Positions 14,054 through 26,812 of a stretch of 64,000 bases of DNA are shown here, in pieces. This DNA comes from the human T2T-CHM13v2.0 reference genome, Homo sapiens. The notes under the pieces were generated by a model. The model had not been told where the DNA came from. It was given only the letters and a program-made list of their open reading frames with translations, and searched no databases. The position numbers and the translations under genes were made by a program. The stretch lies in the NCBI RefSeq assembly GCF_009914755.1, contig NC_060926.1. One strand, given 5' to 3'. How positions within the stretch are numbered: the stretch's first letter is position 1; every line of letters starts with the position of its first letter.

Positions 14054-16598
14054 TTAATGGTAATTGGGGAAAAAAAAGTATTATTTAAGTAATAACATGG
14101 TTAAAATACTGTCAATGTAGTGCTCTTATCTGTTCTTTTAAGACAATGAAAGGCAAAAGATTGTTTGGAAAAATTATTTGATATTCCGATATGATCACAC
14201 TCATTGCTCCAGTGAAAACAGGAAATGTACAAGTGCATTTTTTACCTGGTATAACAAAACAACCCAATAAAAAGGTAAAGTACAGGTGAAGTATACAGCC
14301 TTTATGATACTTCTTGAAATTACTCCACTTTTATAGAGGATATTCATGGTGGCAACAGCTGTAAAAAATATGGAAATGTAAAAGAAAAGAGACTGAATAT
14401 AGGATTTATCTATGGGCCCAGTACATTAAACCCTTTTTAACACATGAAATATGACAATAACTTAGACCCTCAACATCAGGATCATAAAGGGAATTTTAAT
14501 GGTGACCTGTGCCTTCACATCAAAGATTTGAATTTTTGTTGTTTTAAAGGTCTTTTTACATATTTGCCTGGCTTGCACAATTACATCAATGTGTCAGTTT
14601 AACCAATAAGACAAAACTATTTGAAATCTGTGTTGCTAGGTTACCCATCCTGATCTTACACGCAACAAGTGGAAAACTTTTCCTGGCTTCCTCTCTCAGC
14701 GTCACACAAAGTGGGATCTTAGGCCACGCCACCAGGCTGGAAATCACAGCAGCTGTGGATTATGCCTTTGGAACAGGCAGGATGCCCAGTCCTAAATCCT
14801 CTTTCCATGCAACATGCTGGACCTATACAGAAAAGCAGGGTCAGTCTTGAATCTACAAGCTGTTGGGGGTGATGCAGCCATTCCTCCATCTGTTACCTGT
14901 AATTGCCACCTAAATGAGGCACAAGCTGACACACTGGTCCCTATAAAAGGTGGAAGTAAAGGGTAAGTCCATCCCAGCATACACCATTTCTGCAAAGATT
15001 GAGTACCTGATCATCATGATCTCAAGAGAACCTGAGGAGTAAAACTGGAGTTGTTGGGGAGGCGGCAAAGAAATGAACGTGATACCTGTATCAGGTAGAC
15101 ATGAGAAAGTGGATATAAAATAAGGCTTAAATCCAGAGATCTAGGCTTGGGAAAATAAAGAGATTCAAGGAGTGAGAACAAAGAGTGCTGGGGCAGCAGG
15201 AAACAGTGGATGAGTGAGTGGGAGGTAAAGAGGTGAGCGACGAAGCACAATTCCCAAATCTGTCTTCTCTCTTCATTCCACTGGGCATCTTTTAGGCCTT
15301 CACTTTCTTATAGCCCACATATGCCACATGAGTTGGTAGATAAAAGCAATCTGTTAATTAAGTTTTTAAGTAAAAAGACCCTAAAGAGTTCCAGTTTAAA
15401 ACGGCATCTGGCTAATGGCCCTGATATAGCCTTTTCCACCAAAATACACACATACACACACAATTTATGTTGCCACCAAAAATTAAGATTGCTAATCAAC
15501 CTTACCACTAACTATAAGATCAACGGACCTAGATTTTTAAAGGCAATCAGTGGCCCACCTGTGCTTGCCACCAGCCCTGGAGAAAGCCCACCTGTCTGAA
15601 ATTGGAACGACCCATTATCTCTTCCCCACTGTCTGCCACCTGGCTCATTAAATCAGCCAGCCATCCTTCTACTATATACGTGTTCCTTTTTAAGCTGGAG
15701 TGTTATTCTCCTTCCACATCCAATCTCTCATTGGTAGCTTTTTTCATAAAAACAGGGTAGCTACTTAAAAAAGAATTGGTCAGCAAGAGAGAATGGGAAG
15801 GCAGGTTTTAAAGGAGCCTCGTTATAGTCAAGAAGGTGTTCCACTGAAGACAGCACAATATAAGGGAAGAGAGAACAACAACAACAACAAAAAACTGACA
15901 ACCACATATGCTTAATACCACAAGCTTTCCTGTCAGAAGGAACAAAATGAACATAAGACAAAAGCTAATCTTGGGTCAATATTTAAGGAAAGAAAGCAAG
16001 TCAAACACCAGAAATTGAGCTAGTGGCTCTGGGTCTCACCCAGAGCTTGCCCTCTGGATGTAGCTCTATAGAGAGAATTGAACCAGTATTCAGTGGACAG
16101 AGAGTAGGGCCTGCTGGAAACACCAATCTAGATGGATCTTGTTGAGAGTGACAAGAAGAACAATTAACAAATGCATGTTGGTAAATGACATAGAAATAGA
16201 GATAGAAGAAATCATACTAAAGACTTGGAGGGAACACAGACTTCTGAAAATGATTTATCACAGGAATTTTTTTTAATTTTGGAAAATTATTTCAATCTTC
16301 AAAAGAATTCAAGAAATAATGGCCTCTATGGAATAGAAGCAGATGCCCATAGCGAAAGAATAGATCATCAGAAAAAGACAGCAAGATGAGAGGATAATGA
16401 AAATGTGTTAAGGTAAAAAAGAATTTAAGTGAAACCAAAAGGCAATGATGATGGAATTAAAATCTGCATTTGAAGCTATTTCAAACAGAAATGACACTGC
16501 AGTTCATTAGGTCAGTAAAGTAGGAGACCATGAGAAACTCCTCTGGTATCTAGAGGAAAAGAATAAAGATGAAAATTAAAGAGAAGATAATAGATAAG

Positions 16599-16943
16599 TG
16601 TTAAATTTAACCTAAAGCTGCCTCCTTATGTATTTTAAGTTCAGTCTGAAGGTTTTTCAGTACATAGTGAACTGTAACCTAACTGGATGTGTAAACAAAC
16701 TAACCTCCTCTTGTATCCATCACTGAGTTTTGGCCAATCACAGGCAGTCAGTGCTCAAGTAAAGCAAACGCTGAGCTGAGACCAATCCCACTGTTTCTGT
16801 ACCTCACTTCCCTTTTCTGTACATCACTTTCCCTGTTCTACTCATAAATCCTCTACCACATGGCAGTGCTGTTCTGGATTGGAGTAGCAGGGACTACCTG
16901 ATTTGGGAATTATTCTTTGCTCAATTAAATTCTGTTAAATTTA
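16599..16943 (+). mobile_element. MER57-family ERV1 solo LTR
   Basis: TGTTAAATTTAACCTAAAGCTGCCTCCTTA; CTGTTTCTGTACCTCACTTCC; TTCTTTGCTCAATTAAATTCTGTTAAATTTA. A terminal remnant (AAGTTTTTTGTCTTA) follows the Alu. Confidence 0.85.
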
Positions 16944-16944
16944 T

Positions 16945-17194
16945 CGCAGTGGCACAATCTCACTGCAATCTCTGCCCTCTGCCTTCCAGGTTCAATCAAT
17001 TCTCCTGCCTCAGTCTCCCAAGAAGCTGGAATTACAGGCCCACGACACTGGGCCTGGCTACTTTTTGTATTTTTAGTAGAGACGGGGTTTCACTATGTTG
17101 TCCAGGCTGGTCTCAAACTCCTGGCCTCAAGTGATCCACCCATCTCAGCCTCCCAAAGTGCTGGGATTACAAGCTTGAGACATTGCACCCCGCC
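16945..17194 (-). mobile_element. AluS-type SINE lacking its 3' end and poly(A)
   Basis: Reverse Alu begins at GCAGTGGCACAATCTC with no poly-T/GAGAC segment and ends ...CCCCGCC. Confidence 0.9.
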
Positions 17195-17318
17195 TGAAGT
17201 TTTTTGTCTTATATGGAAGGCCTAAGAACTATACATATTTTTCAGGAAGAAACAGAAGAGTTGGAACAAAAGTTGTAATCAATTTGTAACCTTTTTTAGC
17301 CTTAAAAAATGTTAGAGT

Positions 17319-17628
17319 GGCTGGGAACAGTGGCTCACACCTGTAATCCCAGCACTTTGAGAGGCCGAGGCAGGTGAATCATGAGGTCAGGAGTTCAAGA
17401 CCAGCCTGACCAACATGGTGAAACACCGTCTCTACTAAAAATACAAAAAATAGCTGGGTGTGGTGGCACATGCCTGTGATCCCAACTACTCAGGAGGCTG
17501 GGGCGGGAGAATGGCTTGAACCCGGGAGGCAGAGTTTCCAGTGAGCCAAGACTGTGCCACTGCAGTCCAGCCTGGGTGACAGAGAGAGACTCCATCTCAA
17601 AAATAAAAATAAAAAATAACAATAATAA
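17319..17628 (+). mobile_element. AluS (Sg-like) SINE
   Basis: Full dimer; ATCATGAGGTCAGGAGTTC shows the 2-bp deletion diagnostic; (A)n/TAAAA tail. Confidence 0.95.
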
Positions 17629-18579
17629 ACAGATCAAGAATCCGCTATATACCAAGCAAAATGAAACTATTAAGATATATCTAGAAATAGCTATGAGAAC
17701 TCTTGAAGGTCAGAGATAAATAAAAAGTAACCCATAGCATGTGAGCAAGGGGCAGGGGACTGGGGAGGTGGGAGAGAAGTTCATTCTCAAATCAATGAAA
17801 ATCAAAAAAATTCAGATGTTTCTCTTACCTTAGTAAATTCTATAAAGACAGAACATCTACAGAATTTTGAGGAAACAGTTCTACCCATGATGTTATGCCC
17901 AGACAAGTTGTCTTTCATGGGCAAAAATAACAGAAAACTATTTTCAAATCTGAAAGCTCTTAGAAAATACATTTCCCTGGAACCCTTCTTGAAAAAAATT
18001 ACTTAAAGACATACTCTTTCTGACTGAGAGATAATTTAAGACAAACAACATAAGAATGGAACTATTGTGCTTTGAATGGTTAGCAATGAGCCGTAAAAGA
18101 AGGTATACATTTTAATTATATCAAATAATTATTGTAAAATTTGTTAAGAACAAAAAGTAAATGTCCAAAAATATCCATGAAAGAAAAATCTTACATACAA
18201 AAGTAATAGGAATAATACATATCTTAAATCTAGGTTTATATTAACAAAGATATGGTATATAGGGGATTTTAATGTGAAGACTTGAGAAATGTTAAGGAAT
18301 TTTTTTAAAAATAATTCAAAGGCAACCAATAGTAAATTTTAAATAAGATTATATTTCAAGATTACCTTAATAAAGTAATAAAAGTACATTTTAAAAGTAA
18401 ATAAAACATACTTTACAGAGCAAATAAGCAGATAAGAAAATAGCAAAATATCAGAAAGAAGATAAAACATAAATTATGAGAAAAATTATGAATGGGTTAA
18501 AGCAACCTGTTAATGATCGATATTTTCAAATTGCCTTCAAAAATAAAAATTAACTCTGCCACTGAAAAGAAACCCACCA

Positions 18580-18870
18580 AGCCTGGGTATGGTGGCTCAC
18601 ACCTATAATCCCAGCACTTTGGGAGGTTGAGGAGGGCAGATCACTTGAGATCAGCAGTTCGAGACCAGCCTGGCCAACATGGTGAAACCCCATCTTTATT
18701 AAAAATACAAAAAATTAGCCAGGCATGGTGGCAAGTGCCTGTAATCCCAGTTATTCAGGAGGCTGAGGGTGGAAGAATTGCTTGAACCCAGGAGGCGGAG
18801 TTGCAGTGAGCCGAGATCGCACCACTGCACTGACCACAGTGTGAGACCCTGTCTCAGAAAAAAAGAAAAA
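18580..18870 (+). mobile_element. AluSx-type SINE
   Basis: Full dimer; TSD AAAAGAAACCCACCA on both sides. Confidence 0.95.
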
Positions 18871-19509
18871 GAAACCCACCAGAACCTAAGTGACCCATAA
18901 AGGTAAGTGGCATAAGCATGAGTAAACATGTATCTGATCCATATAAGCAAAAGAAAGCTTACAAACCAGCAGTCAAGCCAAAAAGCAATAAGCAGGCCAA
19001 AAATTTAATTATTTATTGATAAAAGGTATAATCTACAATGAAGGGAGAATGGTCATAAACACTGTTATAGACCATATAATAGCAATATTTAATAAGCAAT
19101 GCTCATATATTAGACTATAAAACGGCAATTAATTCCCCAAAGCGGAAATTCTAAAGGCCACAAATTTCCAACCACAATATGATCAACCCCAAAACTATTA
19201 TCACATATTGAGACAAACTAATAAATAAGTAAAACCAATAGCTTAGAATCTTTAACAAACATTTCTCTAAACTAAGTTACAAAGGAAATCAAATCCTCAA
19301 TAACAGAGTAGCTTTTAAATAATATAATGAAGAAATAACATGACTGAGAATACTAATAAAAGTTGTGAGAGAGTGCCAAAATTCCAATCAGAAGTGAATT
19401 CACACTTTTAATGAATTAAGTCGCCTAGGAAAATAAATGAATAATTTGATAAATTGATCAATTTGATAATTGGTAAAAATAAATTGAAAATAAAATGATA
19501 ATGACAATG

Positions 19510-19750
19510 ATGATGATGATGTCTGACCACCTACCATGAGGCAGGTACTGAGCCAAGGGCCTTAAATAATTATCTTATTGAATCCCCACATTATTCCTGA
19601 GAGATGGGTATCATTATAGCTTGCAAATAAAGAAATTAAGATTTTTGAGACATTAGGTAATTTGCCCAAGATCACACAGCTAGCAAATGGCAAAGTCAGG
19701 ATTTAATCCAGGTCTGTCTGAGTCCAGAGTCTTTATCCTTAATCCCTGCC
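19510..19750 (-). mobile_element. MIR
   Basis: AGGTAATTTGCCCAAGATCACACAGCTAGCAAATGGCAAAGTCAGGATTTAATCCAGGTCTGTCTGA. Confidence 0.85.
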
Positions 19751-20418
19751 ATAGTAGTATTAGAAAACAGAAAAGTGCTTATGTGATACATACAAACAAC
19801 AGCTGGCTTTTTGGAAAAACTAGACAAAGACCTGACAAACCTAATATAGAACACAGAGATATAAGGAAGGAACAAAAAAATTAAAAATGAGAAGAAAGAG
19901 GATATAACAGATACATTAAATTTTAAAAGAATTACTCTTTATGTTAATACGTTTGTAAATACTGATATAATGGATTATATCACAATAAAGCATAAATCAT
20001 CAATTGTGTTAAGAAAAAGTAGATTATCTAAATTGATAAACAACCAGATAAAAAATGGAAGGTTATCAAAGGCACAAGGGTCAGATTGATCTACCGGTGA
20101 TTTTTTTTTTTAAGCTTTCAAATGAAAAAATATTTAAAATGAAGACATACAATGAAAATGAACAAGCTGCAACATTTTATCAAACACAAAGGAATATCTG
20201 AAAAAATGTTTCTGCATAGGAAAACCCAATTTTATAACAATATTTTAAAAAATATTCTAAAATTAATTTGAAGAGTTAACTATGTTCATGTGGATAATTT
20301 TCAGAATTTGGTAAATTATTCTAAAGTTTAACTGAAACAATGACATTGGTCTGGGCAATGACTTTTTTGGATACGACGCCAAAAGCTCAGGCAATAAGTG
20401 AAAATAGGCAAATGAGAT

Positions 20419-20719
20419 TGAAACCAGCCCAATTTTTCTCCCAATAGTATAAAGGAATGAAAACTTTACAGATCACTGCATGTGGTTACAATAAAACACC
20501 AGACCCCTCATCCCACCGCCAGCTGCCTGTTGACAAACTCCTATATTAATTCCTAACTTTAGTGGGTTGGAGAGATGAATTTGAGAATTGTCTCCTATCT
20601 CACAGCTGATGTTACCTGCAATAAGGCTTTTCTTCCCTAGCAATACTCATTGTCTCAATGATTGGCTTTTTGTGCAGCAAGCAACCAGACCTACACTCAA
20701 CCCTTGGTGTTTGGCAGTA
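20419..20719 (+). mobile_element. ERV solo LTR (LTR47-like), internally deleted
   Basis: Starts TGAAACCAGCCCAATT; contains GCAATACTCATTGTCTCAATGATTGGCTTT; ends CCCTTGGTGTTTGGCAGTA. It splits the L1 motif AAATGAGAT|...ATCAAACTAAAAAG. Confidence 0.7.
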
Positions 20720-21152
20720 GTATTAAATCAAACTAAAAAGCTTCTGCACAGCAAAAGAAACTATCAATAGAGTGAAGAGACAACCTACAAAGTAGAAGAA
20801 AAGATTTACAAACCATACATCTGATAAGGGGTTGGTCTCCAAAATATATAAGAAATTCATACAACTCAATGCAACAAACAAACAACTTGACTAGAAAACA
20901 AGCGAAGGACTTGAATAAATTTTAACACGAAGACATATAAATGACAAACAAGTATATGAAAAGGTGCTCACCATCACTAATCATCAGGGACATGCAAATC
21001 AAAATCACAATGACATACCACCTCACACCTTTTAGAATGGCAATTATCAAAATTTATTAACATAAAGAATAATTCTTTTAAAATTTAATGTATCTGTTAT
21101 GTCCTCTTTCTTCTCATTTTTAATTTTTTGGTTCCTCCCTTTTATCTCTGTT

Positions 21153-21466
21153 GCATCTGGACAATTAGATGCCAAACCCTTCACCTGTGATGATTGCCTG
21201 TCTGACCACCTGCTTTCTGTTGACCAACTCCTCTTTCTTATCCCTCCCCAATTCCTATTTTCCCACACACGGGTGCATTTCTCCCCCTCCTGTATAAAAA
21301 CCTAATTTTAGTCAGTTGAGAAGATGGATTTAAGACTGATCTCACATCTCATTGGCTGCAGCACCCAAATAAAGCCTCCTATCCTTGTGATAATTATTGT
21401 CTCCGTGTTGGCTTTCTGTGTGATGACCAACAGGGCCTAGACCAAATCCCTGGTACTTTGGTAATA
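21153..21466 (+). mobile_element. 3' half of a second LTR of the same (LTR47-like) family
   Basis: GCATCTGGACAAT, CTGTTGACCAACTCCTC, GAGAAGATGGATTTAAGACTGATCTC, ending CCCTGGTACTTTGGTAATA. Homologous to 20478-20719. Confidence 0.7.
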
Positions 21467-22397
21467 TAGCCAAAGGGAATAAAATCAGTAAAATCAGAAT
21501 GTTGAAGAGATACCTCCACTTTATATACCCTGCAGCACTATCACAATAGACAAGATATAGAATCAACTTAAGTGTTAATCAACAGATGAATGGATAAAGA
21601 AACTATTCAGATTGAAAAAAAAAAAAAGGAAGGAATTCCTGTCATTTTCAACAACAGGGACGAACCTAGAGGACATTATGTTAAGTAAAATAAGCCAGGC
21701 ACAGAAAGTCAAATACTGCATTATCTCACATGTGGAAACTAAAAAAGTTGAACTCATAGAAGCAGAGAGTAGAATGATAGTTCCCGGGGGCTGGAGAGAG
21801 AGGGAGTGGGGAGATATTAGTCAATGGACACAAAATTTCAATTAGACAAGAAAAAGAAGTGCAAGAGATCTATTGTATATGGTGACTATGGTTAATAACA
21901 ATGTACTGTATACTTGAAAATCACTAGGGGAGGAGATTTTAAGTGTTCTTGTCACAAGAAAGTGAAATATGTGAGGTAATACATATATATTAGCTCAATT
22001 TAGCCACTCCACTCCACAATAATATATTTCAAAATATGTTGTATGCCATAAATATATACAATTTTTATTTGTCAATTTAATTAATTAGCTATAGGATTTA
22101 ATTTTTAAAGTTTAACTGGAACCATAAAAAAAGAACTGACTATCACATTTTGGGAAGAACAAAAAACAAGTACATGAGTAATGAAAGAAGACCTCGGTGA
22201 TAAAAACATACTATAAAGTTTTAGCAATTAAACTGCAAAAACCTGCAGCAAAAATCAGAAGGCAGATCAATGGAATGGAATAAATAGCCTAGAAACACAC
22301 CTGGTATATAAAAGAATTTATTATGCAATTAAGATACCATCACAATCAGTGGGAAAAGACTCAGTCAATGCAGCTAGATAAACATGTGGGCCTGATA

Positions 22398-23215
22398 CAC
22401 TTCTCAAAAGAAGACACTTATGCAGCCAACAGACACATGAAAAAATGCTCATCATCACTGGTCATCAGAGAAATGCAAATCAAAACCACAATGAGATACC
22501 ATCTCACACCAGTTAGAATGGCGATCATTAATAAGTCAGGAAACAACTGATGCTGGAGAGGATTTGGAGAAATAGGAACACTTCTACCCTGTTGGTGGGA
22601 CTGTAAACTAGTTCAACCATTGTGGAAGATAGTGTGGCGATTCCTCAAGGATCTAGAACTAGAAATACCATTTGACCCAGCCATCCCATTACTGGGTATA
22701 TACCCAAAGGATTATAAATCATGCTACTATAAAGACACATGCACACATATGTTTATTGCAGCACTATTCACAATAGCAAAGACTTGGAACCAACCCAAAT
22801 GTCCATCAATGATAGACTGGATTAAGAAAATGTGGCACATATACACCATGGAATACTATGCAGCCATAAAAAAGGATGAATTCGTGTCCTTTGCAGGGAC
22901 ATGGATGAAGCTGGAAACCATCATTCTCAGCAAAATATCACAAGGACAGAAAACCAAACACCGCATGTTCTCACTCATAGGTGGGAACTCAACAGTGAGA
23001 ACACTTGGGCACGGAGCAGGGAACATCACACACTGGGGCCTGTTGGGGGGTGGGGGGCTGGATGAGGGATAGCATTAGGAGAAATATCTAATGTAAATGA
23101 CGAGTTGATGGGTGCAGCAAACCAACATGGCACATGTATACTTATGTAATAAACCTGCGCATTGTATACATCTACCCTGGAACTTAAAGTATAATAATAA
23201 TAAAAAAATTTTTTT
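22398..23215 (+). mobile_element. 5'-truncated L1PA (about PA5-7)
   Basis: ORF2p C-terminal peptide ([27 protein letters not shown]...), G-rich 3'UTR and A-tail. Perfect TSD CATGTGGGCCTGATA at 22383-22397 and 23220-23234. Confidence 0.95.
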
Positions 23216-23559
23216 AAATCATGTGGGCCTGATAAATAGATAAGAATTAGATCCTTCCTTTACACCACACACACACACTCTTACACACCATAAAAACCTT
23301 TGAAAGTGGATAAATATATAAGCAAAAAATTGGGGAAGGTTTTCTAGGCATAAATATAATAGAAAATGTAAAATAAAAAAAGTAAAAAGTCAATAGGTTT
23401 TACTCCATGAAAAAATTAAACTTTTCTATTTCAAAAAACAATATAAATAAAATTTAAAAGCAAACAAGCTGGTAAAATACTTTTTTTTCCAAACTGTGAT
23501 GGATATTACGTCACTATACATTGCATATAAGGAGCTCATACACTTGAATAAAACCACAT

Positions 23560-24030
23560 GCCGGTAGTGGATTTCTGTCATTTAGGTGCCCAAATCCAAC
23601 ATTTTTCCCTTTGGAGGAAATCCCATGGTGGACAGGTTGCCATCCCTGCTTGCTGGCCCATAGTGGGAGGCCCTGCGACCTAAACACAGCTAATCAGCTG
23701 CTCCCACCTGAGCGTTTGTGTCTGTGAAGTAGAGACAGAAAGGAAGAGTATCCACTGGAGATTATTCACAGGTTCTGTGGTGGAGTCCAGAGGCCAACGG
23801 AGTCATAGCCCACCGGCCATGGTGCCAGCCATTGTCCAGCAGTAAAGGTGGTAGCTGTGGTGCCTTAACAGGCTACTCCTGAGCAGGATGTGGACTGTGC
23901 CCCTTCCCCCTTGGCTCCTGCCCAAGCCTGGTTCTCAGTGTTCCCCTGAATTCTGTAAGCTACCCAACAACTTTTCAACAGATTCTTTTTCTGTTTAAAT
24001 TAACTGAAGTTAATTACCAAGGGCTAACTA
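23560..24030 (+). mobile_element. Old ERVL LTR (LTR33-like)
   Basis: GACCTAAACACAGCTAATCAGCTGCTCCCACCTG ... CTGAATTCTGTAAGCTACCCAA...CTTTTTCTGTTTAAATTAAC; interrupts the L1. Confidence 0.55.
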
Positions 24031-25299
24031 GCATACCTCTATGGTCATATAACCTGAAAATCAGGCTATGTTCAGCATATAAACTGAAAATTCACAGAAA
24101 AAAATACATTGTTAATAACAATTTTTAAACACCCAATCTCACTATATCAGATAAATTATTGCTGGAAAATAAAAGCCAAAATTTGGGGTTAAAATTAGCA
24201 TGCTTCTTAATTTAAAATATTTTGAATTAGTAAAGATGTAAAGACATGGTAGGAATATAAATTCATACAATCTTTTTGGAAAGCAGTTTGAGTATATATG
24301 CCAAAAACTTTCAAAATGCCCATATCTTTTTGATATATAATTCTTGTTCTAGAAATGTATCCTAATAATCATTTACACAGACAAAGATTTATAAGGATAT
24401 TCATTTCAGCTTTTAAGTTAAAAAGTATAAACAAAAATTTGTTTAACAAAATGATAATGGTTAAACACATATCTACATCCAGTAGAATCTTTCTTAATGA
24501 ACTTCTGCTGATCCACTTACTTCATTAGTCAGTCATTTTTACTCCCTTTGTAAAGCACATGGAGCACTCCTCAGTAGAACTTTACCCATGCACTTTCCAC
24601 TCCAAATTTGGGTGGGAATTTAACAAAAGTGGGATGGGTCTGTGTCCAGCCTATTTATGTTCTTGGTAACTGCTATTGAAATTATAAATGCAAAAAGAAA
24701 GATAACAGTTGTTTTATGAAATTTAAGTTGATTTGCAAAATTTAGCCAAAATCAAATTGCCTAAAAAAAGGAAGTAAGAAAGGAATGTTGCTGTTACAAA
24801 TCAAAAAGTCCATAGCAGTGATTCTCAAGATTGAGAACTGCTGATTTAACAGAGGCCTGTGCTCAATTTTTAATTCTCTCTAAGTTTTCTATTTCAAAAC
24901 AAGCAAAAATAGAAACCTAGAAATTACAAAAGCATTATTGATATTGTTTATGCCAGAAAGCCCAAACTGTCTGTCATAATTAAAGAAACAACCTTGGCCT
25001 ACACTTTTTTAAAATGGTGAATGAAAGTGTATATGCTTTAAATTTAAAAAAAAACTGTTTGAGAAATACATATGTTTTTAAAAATATACATCATATCATT
25101 TATTTCACTGTTTCACACTAGTTATTTCACTGCGGACTGCAGGTCCTCAAGCACTATAACTCCACATACCAAGTGTGAAGCCACATGTTCCCAGATGAGT
25201 GAAGGCAGCGCTGGAACCCAGGGTCAGGTTGGCATGGCTGAGCCGGCCCTGGCTTTCCCTCACACCGGAAAGATGACCAGAGAGCCCAGGAGCCAGTGG

Positions 25300-25630
25300 C
25301 AGGGAGGCAGGGCTGGCATTTCCAACAGAAGGAGGTTTTTGCCCCATGCTTCTCTCTCCTTAGCAGAAGAAAAATCTTTTCCAAAAGTCCCTAACAGACT
25401 GTTTTATGTCTCATTGGCAGAACTGTGTCACTTGCTAACCCCTAAACTACTTGCAGGCCAAGAAGAATGGGATCGTCATGACTGGCTGGGAAATGAATCA
25501 TGGGCAGCCCAGACGCAGGGCTTTGATCAGTCCAGCTTCCTCCTCCTAAGGTGAGAGGATGCCCATCCTCACTGAACAAGTCGTTTCCACACATCTGAAC
25601 AAAATCAGGGTCATTTTAGCTAGGACATAG
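25300..25630 (-). mobile_element. MaLR LTR (MLT1J/K/L-like)
   Basis: TGTCTCATTGGCAGAACTGTGTCAC; CTGAACAAAATCAGGG. Confidence 0.6.
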
Positions 25631-26419
25631 AGAACTTCTAGATGACAGCAGAATCCACTGCACCTTATTTAAACCAGCTGCTGGCCTCAGCACACAGCTT
25701 AAGAGAGTACATCCATACTCAGTTACTAAAATCATTCTAAAAAGCAGAATACAATATTGTATTTATGATATGCAACTAATTTAAATATATATACACATAT
25801 ATGTTTACATATACACATACTTTTTAAAACTGGAAGAGAATATATAAAATATTACTGTTTTGTTAGGTTTATGAGTTGGTTTTAATTTTCTTGTAGCTTT
25901 TTATATTTCCTCATTTTTTTCTAATGCACACATAATCACTTTAATAAACTGAAAAAATATTTTTAATGATGCTGTGAAATAATATATTCATGTCTTCCAA
26001 TTGTATAGCAATTTTACACACAGTATTTCATTTTTTTACCTGTAAAATTGGGATAACAATAATGCTTCATAAGAAAAATGCAATAATACATGTAAAATGC
26101 CAGGAATAGTGCCTGGTAGATGATGGAAACTCATTAAATACATACTATTGTTATTATTTCACATTAACTCCCTGACAGCATTAGAAAGGAATTACTGTCC
26201 GTATTTTATAGACAACCAAGGCTAAGAGAAGTTCAGTGATTTGCTCAAGATCATGCCACTTGCCAAGACCAGTGTTCCTTTCAGTTACACCATCAATGTT
26301 CTTCATCCATGGTACAGATTATTTTAAAAAGTTATATTCCTAATTTCCTACCTAAAATTAGAATTTTGTTGAGATAGAGTTTTTTAATTTAAATAACCAT
26401 AATATAATGTATTTCTTTT

Positions 26420-26812
26420 CCATTGTTGAAATTGAAATATAATTCACATACCATAAACTTCACACTTTTAAAGTATACCATTTAATGACTTTTTAGTATA
26501 CTAATGAGGATGCACCACCATCAGTATTATCCAATTTTAGAACATTTTCACCACTCCAAAAGGGGCCATGACTGGCTCCCTCAAGCCCCTGGTGATCACT
26601 GATCTATTTTCTGTTTCTGTGGTTTACCTCTTCTAGACATTTCCTATAAATTGAATCATACAATATATGGCTCTCTGTGACTGCTCTTACTTAGCATAAT
26701 GTTTTAAAACCTCATTCATGTTGTAGCATGTATCCATACTTCAGTCCTTTTTATGGCTAAATAATATTCCATTGTATGGATATACCACATTTTATTTAGC
26801 TATTCATCATTT
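26420..26812 (-). mobile_element. L1MB-type 3' fragment
   Basis: TGAAATATAATTCACATACCATAAA...TTTTATGGCTAAATAATATTCCATTGTATGGATATACCACATTTT. Confidence 0.85.

Larger units (their letters stand above)
16100..20339 (+). mobile_element. Ancient highly diverged L1M(E) body (ORF1 to ORF2), host to several later insertions; resumes at 22105-23540 and 24040-24480
   Basis: A-rich + strand. Decayed L1 motifs: ATGCCCAGACAAGTTGTCTTTCA (ORF1), ATTGATAAAAGGTATAATCTACAATGAAG (endonuclease region), CAGATCAATGGAATGGAATAAATAGCCTAGAAA. Confidence 0.6.
20340..22100 (+). mobile_element. L1MA-type 5'-truncated LINE (ORF2 end plus 3'UTR) nested in the older L1
   Basis: ORF2 motifs ATCAAACTAAAAAGCTTCTGCACAGCAAAAG and AATCAACTTAAGTG; 3'UTR CAAGAGATCTATTGTA...TTTGTCAATTTAA. 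TSD TAAAGTTTAACTGAAAC (20323) / TAAAGTTTAACTGGAAC (22105). Confidence 0.85.

Noticed and set aside
22620-23072. 150-aa ORF as a gene
   Set aside because: It is an L1 ORF2p fragment; an upstream in-frame stop (TGA at 22548) and the truncation make it non-functional.
25072-25554. 160-aa ORF
   Set aside because: It overlaps a MaLR LTR, has no recognisable domain, and overlapping antisense ORFs indicate chance openness in GC-richer sequence.
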